This document shows positions 15,273-23,647 of a DNA stretch of 64,000 nt, piece by piece. The notes beneath the pieces are model-generated. The model was given only the letters and a program-made list of their open reading frames with translations. It was not told where the DNA came from and did no database searches. Numbering within the stretch: the first letter of the stretch is position 1; each line of letters starts with the position of its first letter. Source of the DNA: an uncultured bacterium (GTDB lineage Bacteria; Verrucomicrobiota; Verrucomicrobiia; Limisphaerales; UBA11358). The DNA is taken from NCBI GenBank assembly GCA_963723125.1, contig CAVRPQ010000001.1, positions 761,767 through 825,766 of the forward strand, read 5' to 3'. Made by a program: the position numbers and the translations under genes.

Positions 15273-17447
15273 ATGGCCGCGAATGGCCTGTTGCTGGAAT
15301 TGATTTTCGCGCTGTGCGTTGCGGGCGCGCTGGCGGGAATTGTTGTCTCCGACCGGCGCAGTCCCGCGCTGCTGGCCTGGGCCGGCTCGTTGGCGGCGCT
15401 GCTGGCGTTATGGGTCAGCGGAAGCGTCCTGTGGTCGGGCCGAATTTTTCAAGCCGAACTCTGGACCATTCCCGGCTGGGGAACGCTGACGATTTCTCTC
15501 GACCGTTTGTCGGCGTTCTTTCTGGCGGTGTCGGCGTTGGTGGTTTTGGCCAGTTCCATTTTTTCGGCGGGCTACCTAAAACGATACATTGGGCATTACA
15601 GCCTTCGTGCGCTGAATGCGTGGTATCTGCTGCTGTTCGCTTCCATCGTGCTGGTTTTAATTGCCAGCGACGCGCTCCTGTTTCTGCTGGCGTGGGAGGT
15701 GATGACGATTTTGAGTTATCTGCTGGTCAATTTCGAGCACCGGCGCGCGGAAACCAGTCGGGCAGGCTATCTCATGCTGGTGATGAGCGAGGCGGGATTC
15801 ATGGCGGTCGTCTTGGTCTTTCTGTTTTTGGGCGCAATGGCCGGCTCGCTGAACTTCGCTGCCTTGAAAGCCGCCGGGCCAAATTTGGGCGGTCTAGCGC
15901 GCTGGCTGATTTTCCTGTTGACGTTTTTCGGCTTTGGCGTCAAGGCGGGACTGGTGCCCGTGAATTCATGGCTGCCGCGCGCACACCCGGTCGCGCCGGG
16001 AAACATTTCCGTGATCCTCTCCGGCGTCATCGTGAATCTTGGCATCTATGGCATCATGCGCGTCAGCGTGGATTTGGTGCCGGTGACCAGCGTGATTCCG
16101 GGGCTGATTGTTCTGCTGGTGGGCGCGGCGTCGGCGTTGATCGGCGTATTGTATGCCAACATCGAGCACAATTTGAAGACCATGCTGGCGCACCATACTG
16201 TCGAGCAAATGGGGATTGTCACCATCGGGCTGGGGGCGGGACTGGTCTTCGTGGCGGCGGGGCGGCCCGTGCTGGCCACCATCGCCTTCATCGCTGCCAT
16301 TTATCACATGGCCAATCACTCGTTTTTCAAGGGACTGCTCTTTTTGTCGGCGGCTTCGGTGGATGCCACCGCCGGTGCGCGAAACATTGACCGGCTGGGG
16401 GGCTTGATCAAGCGGATGCCGTGGACGGCGTTCTTTTTCCTCATCGGCGCAATTTCACTGGTGGCGCTGCCGCCGTTCAACGGCTTTGTCAGCGAGTGGC
16501 TCACCCTGCAAGTGCTGCTGCGAAGCACGGAACTGTCCTTCACCGGCGCGACGGGCGCGAAAATTGTTTTCGTCCTGTGTGGCGCGGGCCTGGCGCTGGC
16601 GACGGCGCTGGCGGTCAATTGCTTTGTAAAGGCTTTCGCCATGACCTTCCTCGGCGTGGGACGGTCCGACGACGTGAACGCAGCGAGGGAAGCGCCCCAT
16701 TCTATGACTTGGGCGATGGGGCTGCTGGCGGCGTTGTGCCTCGGCTGTGGCGTGTTGCCGACTTATATCATCCCGGTTTTGAATAACGTGATTACGCCGT
16801 TGACGGGCGGAAATGCGATAGACGCGCTGGTGCCGCCATTTTTCGTTTCCAATCCGGCGCACAACACGTTGCCGCCCGCGTTCGCGCAGGATTTTCACAA
16901 CCTGGGGGCGCAAGTCGGGCAAAATGTTTTGCCCGGACGCGGGCTGGTGGTCATGCACCGCGGCGGCGCGGAAAATCCGGTCGTTTTCGCCATGTCCACT
17001 TCCTACATGGTTGTTGTGCTCATAGGCTTGCTGGTGATAACCTACGTCGTCCTGCGCTTGTGGCTGACGCGCCGCCAGAAACTGGTGCGGCGGCAACGGT
17101 GGGATGGCGGCGTGCGGCGGCTGTTGCCGGAGATGACCTACACGGCGACGGGCTTTTCCAATCCGGTGCGCGTCATTTTCGACGCCGTGTTCCGCCCGAC
17201 GACGATTTCGGACACGCGCGAGACCGTGGCGCAACATTTCCGCACGGCCATCCACCGCGAGCGCGTGGAAGTGCATGTGGTGGACCGATGGTTCCTCCAG
17301 CCGATGCGGAATACCGTGACGAATTTGGCCCGCCGCCTCGCGGTCATGCACCACGGGCGCCTCAACGCCTACGCCGCTTATGTGCTGCTGGCGGCAATGC
17401 TGGCCGTGGCGATTGGGGTGATTGGCTTATTACTTTGGTCAAACTGA
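15273..17447 (+). CDS. NuoL/HyfB-like antiporter subunit, paralog 3
   Basis: 724 aa, collinear with paralog 2 (same motifs and same C-terminal domain). Confidence 0.9.
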   Translation: MAANGLLLELIFALCVAGALAGIVVSDRRSPALLAWAGSLAALLALWVSGSVLWSGRIFQAELWTIPGWGTLTISLDRLSAFFLAVSALVVLASSIFSAGYLKRYIGHYSLRALNAWYLLLFASIVLVLIASDALLFLLAWEVMTILSYLLVNFEHRRAETSRAGYLMLVMSEAGFMAVVLVFLFLGAMAGSLNFAALKAAGPNLGGLARWLIFLLTFFGFGVKAGLVPVNSWLPRAHPVAPGNISVILSGVIVNLGIYGIMRVSVDLVPVTSVIPGLIVLLVGAASALIGVLYANIEHNLKTMLAHHTVEQMGIVTIGLGAGLVFVAAGRPVLATIAFIAAIYHMANHSFFKGLLFLSAASVDATAGARNIDRLGGLIKRMPWTAFFFLIGAISLVALPPFNGFVSEWLTLQVLLRSTELSFTGATGAKIVFVLCGAGLALATALAVNCFVKAFAMTFLGVGRSDDVNAAREAPHSMTWAMGLLAALCLGCGVLPTYIIPVLNNVITPLTGGNAIDALVPPFFVSNPAHNTLPPAFAQDFHNLGAQVGQNVLPGRGLVVMHRGGAENPVVFAMSTSYMVVVLIGLLVITYVVLRLWLTRRQKLVRRQRWDGGVRRLLPEMTYTATGFSNPVRVIFDAVFRPTTISDTRETVAQHFRTAIHRERVEVHVVDRWFLQPMRNTVTNLARRLAVMHHGRLNAYAAYVLLAAMLAVAIGVIGLLLWSN

Positions 17448-17471
17448 AACCAAAACTTGAAACCGAAAACT

Positions 17472-18827
17472 ATGAGTAAAATTGAAAACATAAACGCACA
17501 GGAAATTCTGGATTCGCGCGGCAACCCGACCGTCATGGTCACGCTCACGCTCGAGAATGGCATTACCACGTCGGCCTGCGTGCCGTCCGGCGCGTCCACC
17601 GGCATTCGCGAAGCCGTGGAACTCCGCGACGGCGACGCCAAACGCTACGGCGGCAAAGGCGTGCTCAATGCAGTCGCCAACGTCAACAAAATCATCGCGC
17701 CAAAACTCAAGGGCAAATCGCCGCAGGCCCATAAGGAAATTGACGAATTGATGATCAAATTGGATGGCACGGAAAACAAATCCAAACTCGGCGCGAACGC
17801 CATTCTGGGCGTTTCGATGGCCGTTTGCCGCGCGGCGGCGCTGGATTCCGACACCCCGCTTTACGCTTACATCTCCAAGTTGCATGGTAGGGCGCGTCAC
17901 TCCGTGCGCGCCGAACGAGGTGGTCACGAAAGCGGCGCGCAGGGGACTGACGCGCCCTACCTTTTGCCCGCGCCGCAAATGAACGTGCTCAATGGCGGCG
18001 CGCACGCGACCAACAACGTGGATTTTCAGGAATTCATGCTGTTCCCCATCGGCGCGCCGAGTTTTGCCGAGGCCTTGCGCTATGCGGCGGAAACGTTTCA
18101 TACGCTCAAAAAAATTCTGCAAAAGCGCGGACTGGTTTCCGCCGTCGGCGACGAGGGCGGTTTCGCGCCGAGCCTCAAAACGAACGACGAAGCGGTGGAG
18201 TTGATTCTTGAAGCCATTAACGCTGCCGGTTACAAACCGGGGAAGGACATCGCACTCGCCATTGATCCGGCCGCCAGCGAGTTTTACGACAGCGGCGCTT
18301 ACGTCTTCAAAAAATCCGACAACTCGCGCAAATCGCCAGCCGAAATGGTCGAACTGTATCGCGGCTGGCTGGACAAATATCCCATTCTCTCGCTCGAAGA
18401 CGGCATGGGTGAGGAAGATAACGACGGTTGGAAAGCGTTGACCGCCGCTCTTGGCAAAAAACGGCAACTCGTCGGCGACGACAATTTCGTCACCAACCCG
18501 AAAATTTTTGCCGAAGGCATTCGTGACGGCATTGCCAACGCGATTCTCATCAAATTGAACCAAATCGGCACGGTCAGCGAGACGCTCGAAACGGTGGCGA
18601 TGGCGCAAAAGGCCGGTTACGGCACGGTGATTTCACATCGTTTGGGCGAAACCGAGGATGCCTTTATCGCGGATTTCGCCGTTGGCACCGGCGCGGGCCA
18701 GATCAAGACCGGCTCGCTTTGCCGGTCGGAACGAATTGCAAAATACAATCGCCTGCTCGCCATTGAACGCGAGTTGGGCAAAAAATCGCGCTACGGTGGC
18801 GCGGCGTTTAATGCCCGTTGGAAGTGA
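17472..18827 (+). CDS. eno: enolase (phosphopyruvate hydratase) carrying an in-frame repeat insertion
   Basis: [21 protein letters not shown]..., [44 protein letters not shown]. Confidence 0.95.
   Translation: MSKIENINAQEILDSRGNPTVMVTLTLENGITTSACVPSGASTGIREAVELRDGDAKRYGGKGVLNAVANVNKIIAPKLKGKSPQAHKEIDELMIKLDGTENKSKLGANAILGVSMAVCRAAALDSDTPLYAYISKLHGRARHSVRAERGGHESGAQGTDAPYLLPAPQMNVLNGGAHATNNVDFQEFMLFPIGAPSFAEALRYAAETFHTLKKILQKRGLVSAVGDEGGFAPSLKTNDEAVELILEAINAAGYKPGKDIALAIDPAASEFYDSGAYVFKKSDNSRKSPAEMVELYRGWLDKYPILSLEDGMGEEDNDGWKALTAALGKKRQLVGDDNFVTNPKIFAEGIRDGIANAILIKLNQIGTVSETLETVAMAQKAGYGTVISHRLGETEDAFIADFAVGTGAGQIKTGSLCRSERIAKYNRLLAIERELGKKSRYGGAAFNARWK
17886..17961. repeat. palindromic element family A, copy A2 (reverse orientation, in frame in eno)
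   Basis: ggtagggcgcgtcactccgtgcgcgcc...gcgccctacc, encoding [25 protein letters not shown] between YISKLH and [13 protein letters not shown]. Confidence 0.9.
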
Positions 18828-18999
18828 TAGTATGATTTGGGAGCGCCGCGACTTGGATCCACTAGGCAAACTCCATTACCCGCGGGAGGGGCCGGGAGAA
18901 ATCCGGTCACCACATTCAAGGCGTGTGCGCTCCCTTTAACCGCTCTGTAGAGTGCCGGGATGGTTGTTATTCGTCCCAAAGGATGGTAAAGTTTTAGCA

Positions 19000-19085
19000 G
19001 GCAATGAAGTTTGCCCGTCCGCCTTTGCGGCGAACCGCCTTATGGCTAATGACTTCTACCGAAACTGAACCAGTATCGGTAACGA
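19000..19085 (+). promoter_or_regulatory. structured 5' leader, copy 2
   Basis: GGCAA/TTGCC, CCGC/GCGG, core GGCTAATGACTTCTAC, TACCGA/TCGGTA helix ending just before ATG 19089. TTGTTA-17-TAAAGT promoter upstream. Confidence 0.6.
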
Positions 19086-19088
19086 GTC

Positions 19089-20786
19089 ATGCAAACAACC
19101 AGTTCAGACGAGCGCCTCGAACTGAAGGCGTGTTCAGCGGGCCAGCAGGGGGAAGCGGCGATTCGCGTGATCGCTCCTTCCAATAGGGGCTTCCAAAGTA
19201 TTCTTTTTGAATCTCCCGGCTCTGGAAACCTCGGAGATAACGTTGAGCCGCCGGCCTTTTTTCGGGATTTGAACCTCAATCAGATCGTGGACGCCATCAC
19301 AGCGGGCTGCGAAGAATACAATCTCAAGCCATTCTTTTACACCCGCCCGAATGATCTTGCGGCGATTATTTACCGGCAGGAAGTCATGCGCGACCTTGAA
19401 ACCGCACCGCTGTTCGAGGGCATCAAATCGTTCTCAAACCAAACGCACACGATGCGCAATCATCTCGCCGCTGCGAAAAATTGGCACTACAAGTTCTCGA
19501 AGGGCCGGTGGTTTCTCGATGCTGCGGAAATCTATTGTGCGGCGGTTGTGGAATTGCGGCGCATTCTCGAACACGCCAGTCCCACTTCGCGCGGCCTGCA
19601 CGCCTTTCGGGAATATCTGGCGCAGTATGTTGAATCCGACCGTTTCAAAACACTATGCCGAGAAGCGGAAAATGTGAAATCCGGTTTGTCGGCCATCCGC
19701 TATAGTGTGCGCATCAAGGGCGGCAGCGTTACGGCGAGTCCTTATGATTCCGAGATTGATTACACCGCCGCCGTCGAGGAAACGTTCGCCAAATTCAAGC
19801 AAGGTGCGGTGAAGGATTATCGCTGCAAGTCCACGTCGCTACCGGGCATGAATCACGTCGAAGCCGGAATTCTTGACCGTGTAGCACATTTGAATCCCCA
19901 AGCGTTTCGCGCGCTGGACGACTTTTGCGCGAAGCACGAAAATTTCCTCGAAAAACCAATTGCCGATTTCGACCGCGAAATTCAGTTTTACGTCGCGTAT
20001 TTGGAGTATGCGGAAACCTTCAAACGCGCCGGACTGAAATTCTGTTATCCGCAAGTATCAGACACGCGCAAGGAAGTTTGCAACCGCGATGGATTCGACC
20101 TGGCGTTGGCCGGCAAACTTTTAGGTAGGGCGGGCAGTCCTCTGCCCGCCGTCCCGCAAGGCGAAACCAACGAACGGCGCGCACGGAGTGACGCGCCCTA
20201 CCGCATCGTTTGCAATGATTTCTCTTTGAGTGGGCCGGAACGGATTTTCGTCGTCACGGGACCGAATCAAGGCGGCAAGACGACGTTTGCGCGCACGTTC
20301 GGACAATTGCATTATTTGGCGAGCCTCGGCTGTCCCGTCCCCGGCTCGGAAGCGCGACTTTTTCTCTTCGACCGCCTGTTCACCCATTTTGAGCGCGAGG
20401 AGGACATCAGAACGTTACGCGGCAAGTTGCAAGATGATCTGGTTAGGATTCATCACGTTCTTGAACAAGCCACGCCGAACAGCATCGTCATCATCAACGA
20501 AATTTTTTCCTCCACGAGCGTCAAGGACGGCGTTCATCTGGGCAAGAAAGTGTTGGAACGTCTGTCTCAACTTGATGTGTTGGGCGTTTGCGTGACCTTT
20601 CTGGATGAACTCGCCTCCTTCAATGAAAAGACCGTGAGCGTGGTCGCTGCCGTCGCGCCGGAAAATCCCACGCAGCGCACTTACAAGGTTGAGCGAAGGC
20701 TGGCGGACGGACTGGCCTATGCGCTGGCGATTGCCGAGAAATACCGGCTCACCTACGACCAGCTGAAAGCGAGATTAAAGCCGTGA
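19089..20786 (+). CDS. MutS-family ATPase (domain V type, no recognisable mismatch-binding or Smr domain), paralog A
   Basis: [20 protein letters not shown] (Walker A), [13 protein letters not shown] (Walker B region), VTFLDEL. Confidence 0.8.
   Translation: MQTTSSDERLELKACSAGQQGEAAIRVIAPSNRGFQSILFESPGSGNLGDNVEPPAFFRDLNLNQIVDAITAGCEEYNLKPFFYTRPNDLAAIIYRQEVMRDLETAPLFEGIKSFSNQTHTMRNHLAAAKNWHYKFSKGRWFLDAAEIYCAAVVELRRILEHASPTSRGLHAFREYLAQYVESDRFKTLCREAENVKSGLSAIRYSVRIKGGSVTASPYDSEIDYTAAVEETFAKFKQGAVKDYRCKSTSLPGMNHVEAGILDRVAHLNPQAFRALDDFCAKHENFLEKPIADFDREIQFYVAYLEYAETFKRAGLKFCYPQVSDTRKEVCNRDGFDLALAGKLLGRAGSPLPAVPQGETNERRARSDAPYRIVCNDFSLSGPERIFVVTGPNQGGKTTFARTFGQLHYLASLGCPVPGSEARLFLFDRLFTHFEREEDIRTLRGKLQDDLVRIHHVLEQATPNSIVIINEIFSSTSVKDGVHLGKKVLERLSQLDVLGVCVTFLDELASFNEKTVSVVAAVAPENPTQRTYKVERRLADGLAYALAIAEKYRLTYDQLKARLKP
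20124..20202. repeat. palindromic element family A, copy A3 (in frame in MutS-like A)
   Basis: ggtagggcgggcagtcctctgcccgcc...gacgcgccctacc, encoding [26 protein letters not shown]. Confidence 0.9.
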
Positions 20787-22519
20787 AAGCGCACCTGCTG
20801 TATCGCGACCGCGATTTCGATCTGCAACAGAAATTGCCGGCGAACGAACCGGCGCTGACGCAAGATTTGGAACTGAACACGCTGTTCCGCGCAATGGCCG
20901 GCGGTGACGAATTTCTGTTTCACGTGGCAAAGCGAACGGTCTTGTCGGGTTTGGAAAATGATCTTGCAACCATCCTCTATCGCCAAGCCATCCTCAAGGA
21001 TTGCCTGCGGAACGAAGCCGCCGTAAGGGAAATTTACGACATCGCCGTTGAAGCTATTGAAACCAAACGGACGCATTGGCTGGGTGTTTTCAGCCGCTAT
21101 CCAAGTGGCATCTTGTATGAAGCGGTGAAATTGCTACAAATGTTGATGGGCGTGCTGGCCAAGCTGAAGCGCGTGGCCGATGAGGCCGGTAGGGCGCGCA
21201 GTCCTCTGAGCGCCGTGAACGCTGAGGGACAAACTTCAATTTCCGAACGGCGCGCACGGAGTGACGCGCCCTACCAATTCGAGTCGGAAGGTTTCAAAAC
21301 CTTCTTCGAGATGCTTAAGGCGGAATTGGCGGATGATTATTTTGCCGCCGTCGAAGCGCAACTCAAGGAACTGGAATTCAAGGATGGCGTGTTGGTGAGC
21401 GCGGAATTGGGCGAAGGCAATCAGGGTGTCAATTATGTCCTGCGCAAATCGCTGCGCCCCAGGCCGGGTTGGTTCCAGCGGATTTTTTTACGAAATTCCT
21501 CCGCCTACACCTTCCACATTGACCCACGCGATGACGGCGGTTTCCGTGCTTTGTCGGAATTGCAGGACCGGGGAATCAATTTGGCGGCAAATGCCGTCGC
21601 CCAAGCCGCCGACCACATTACAAGTTTCTTCGTCATGTTGCGGACGGAACTGGCGTTTTACATCGGCTGTCTGAATTTGCAGCATCAGCTTGCGTGGAAA
21701 GGGATGCCGGTTTGCTTTCCGGTTCCCGTGCCGTCCGGCACTCGCAAGCAAACCTGTGTCGGGTTGCGCGACGCCTGTCTTGCGCTGGTTTGTGGCCGCG
21801 ACGCCTCGGCGCGCGAAAAAAAGACCGTGCCATCTGGTTTGCCCATCGGCACAGGTGACGCGGCGTCACCTTTACCTTCTGCGACTAGGGCGTCGCAGCC
21901 ACCTGTCGTCGGCAATGACTTGGCTGCCGATGGAAAGAACCTCATCATCATCACCGGCGCTAATCAAGGCGGCAAATCCACCTTCTTGCGTGGCGTGGGC
22001 CTGGCGCAATTGATGATGCAATGCGGCATGTTCGTCGCTGCCGATTCTTTCAGCGCCGACCTATGCCGCAGCCTGTTCACGCATTACAAGCGCGAGGAGG
22101 ACGCTACGATGACAAGCGGGAAGTTCGATGAGGAACTCGCCCGCATGAGCGGCATTGCCGATGCGCTGACGTCCACCCTCCGCAGTGCTACGGAGGACGG
22201 GTCGGATTCGCTGCTGCTGTTCAACGAGTCCTTCGCCGCGACCAACGAACGGGAAGGTTCGGAGATTGCCCGGCAGATTGTCCGCGCGCTGCTGGAAACG
22301 CGTGTGAAAATCTTTTTTGTGACGCATCTCTACGAATTCGCCCGAACCTTTTGGGAAGATAAAATGGACAGTGCCGTTTTTCTGCGCGCCGAAAGGCAAG
22401 CCGATGGGCAAAGAACTTTCAAGTTGCTGCCGGGCGAGCCGTTGGAAACCAGTTTTGGCGCGGACTTGTATCAAGAGGTTTTTGAAAGTGGCAATGAGCG
22501 CAAAGTTTTGACTCCATGA
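20783..22519 (+). CDS. MutS-family ATPase (domain V type), paralog B
   Basis: GTGA overlap (GTG start) with the upstream stop. [48 protein letters not shown]. Confidence 0.8.
   Translation: MKAHLLYRDRDFDLQQKLPANEPALTQDLELNTLFRAMAGGDEFLFHVAKRTVLSGLENDLATILYRQAILKDCLRNEAAVREIYDIAVEAIETKRTHWLGVFSRYPSGILYEAVKLLQMLMGVLAKLKRVADEAGRARSPLSAVNAEGQTSISERRARSDAPYQFESEGFKTFFEMLKAELADDYFAAVEAQLKELEFKDGVLVSAELGEGNQGVNYVLRKSLRPRPGWFQRIFLRNSSAYTFHIDPRDDGGFRALSELQDRGINLAANAVAQAADHITSFFVMLRTELAFYIGCLNLQHQLAWKGMPVCFPVPVPSGTRKQTCVGLRDACLALVCGRDASAREKKTVPSGLPIGTGDAASPLPSATRASQPPVVGNDLAADGKNLIIITGANQGGKSTFLRGVGLAQLMMQCGMFVAADSFSADLCRSLFTHYKREEDATMTSGKFDEELARMSGIADALTSTLRSATEDGSDSLLLFNESFAATNEREGSEIARQIVRALLETRVKIFFVTHLYEFARTFWEDKMDSAVFLRAERQADGQRTFKLLPGEPLETSFGADLYQEVFESGNERKVLTP
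21188..21275. repeat. palindromic element family A, copy A4 (in frame in MutS-like B)
   Basis: ggtagggcgcgcagtcctctgagcgcc...gacgcgccctacc, encoding [29 protein letters not shown]. Confidence 0.9.
21794..21900. repeat. palindromic element family B, copy B4 (in frame in MutS-like B)
   Basis: ggccgcgacgcc ... ggcgtcgcagcc, encoding [36 protein letters not shown]. The right half is near-identical to B2. Confidence 0.85.
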
Positions 22520-23238
22520 ATAACTCAATTCCATTTATCGGCCGCGAAAAGGAAATTGCGCGGTTGCGCCAGTTGCACAAAGAACGTCGGCATGTGCTGA
22601 TTCTTGGCGCGGAAGGGGTGGGCAAATCGGCCCTTGTTGCGCATCTGCGCAAATCGCTCCGCTTGCGCGTCTGTCCGGCGTCGCAACGTTTAAGCGAAAT
22701 TTGTGACGCGCTGGAGCGAGACCTTGGCCTTGAAACCGGCGAACTGCATCTGATTGCGCGCAAGAATCGCGTGCTGAAATCGCTCAAGGAAGCGAAGCGC
22801 ACCGTGGTGGTTTTTGACGGCGCAAGCTGGACAACGCCCAGACTCGGCTCGTTCATCGAAAATGTCAGCGAGCGTGTGCCGGTATGGTTATGCGTCCGTT
22901 CGGAACATCCGTGGGACGTTGGCCGTATCTGGCCGTTGCTGGTGCGGTTCGAGCACGTCGAGTTGAAACCGTTTCGTCCGGTGGAAAGCCGGACGCTGGT
23001 CGAAGCGGCTATTCGGGGCAGTCATGTTCCAGAGAAGACTTTGGACGTTGTTGACTGGCTGCATCGGCGGTCGGCGGGCAATCCAAAAATCTTGTGTGAG
23101 CTGTTGGTGGAAATCGCCCACGGCCATTACAACTTGAGTAACACACACGCGCTGCAACGGCTGGATTTGGACCGGCGCATCCATGAGATTTTTCCGATGG
23201 GAATGAGTGGTGGGAAAACAAGGGTTCAGGATGAATGA
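22516..23238 (+). CDS. AAA/ORC-like P-loop ATPase
   Basis: ATGA overlap with the upstream stop. FIGREKEIARLRQL...VLILGAEGVGKSALV (Walker A), TVVVFDG (Walker B-like). Confidence 0.7.
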   Translation: MNNSIPFIGREKEIARLRQLHKERRHVLILGAEGVGKSALVAHLRKSLRLRVCPASQRLSEICDALERDLGLETGELHLIARKNRVLKSLKEAKRTVVVFDGASWTTPRLGSFIENVSERVPVWLCVRSEHPWDVGRIWPLLVRFEHVELKPFRPVESRTLVEAAIRGSHVPEKTLDVVDWLHRRSAGNPKILCELLVEIAHGHYNLSNTHALQRLDLDRRIHEIFPMGMSGGKTRVQDE

Positions 23239-23647
23239 GGCAATGCTTGTGGCGCTCGCAGGGGCCGTGGCTTTGTTCATGGTTACACTGGTCAAGGCGG
23301 AGTTCTCTCCCGATTTGAGAGCTGCCATTCGCACCACGGTCATCGTGGCCTTGGGATGGAGCTTTGCTTACGCTCGCTACGGAATGAAAACGTGGGCAAA
23401 CTTGACGTGGCAAACGCTATGGATGCTAGGGATTTCCGCGCTGGCAGTAATTCTCGCGTGGCTGTTTTATTGTCGCGCAAGCCGGAAGCAAACCGTTCCG
23501 CGCGTGGCGGTGATGGATCGTGTCAATGCCGGTCTGGCAATCCTTTTCGCCGTCCTGTTTCTGTTGCAACAAGTGTCCGCACAATCCACGCTCACCGGGT
23601 TCGCCCTGGTTGGCGGCGCGTTGTTTTTTGTCCTCGGCTCACGATGA
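23231..23647 (+). CDS. small 4-TM membrane protein (EamA/SMR-like)
   Basis: MNEAMLVALAGAVALFMV... with four hydrophobic spans. Start overlaps the upstream stop (ATGAATGA). Confidence 0.6.
   Translation: MNEAMLVALAGAVALFMVTLVKAEFSPDLRAAIRTTVIVALGWSFAYARYGMKTWANLTWQTLWMLGISALAVILAWLFYCRASRKQTVPRVAVMDRVNAGLAILFAVLFLLQQVSAQSTLTGFALVGGALFFVLGSR

Noticed and set aside
4420-17447. Calling the operon a functional [NiFe] hydrogenase-4 or formate hydrogenlyase.
   Set aside because: The HycE-like subunit has no cysteine at any of the four ligand positions. The NuoB-like subunit lacks the fourth cluster cysteine. No hyp or fdhF genes are nearby.
23356-23643. The longer 769-aa version of the dynamin-like ORF starting at 23356.
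   Set aside because: The extension overlaps the 4-TM membrane protein gene in another frame and looks non-coding. ATG 23644 forms an ATGA overlap with the upstream stop, as at the other junctions of this operon.
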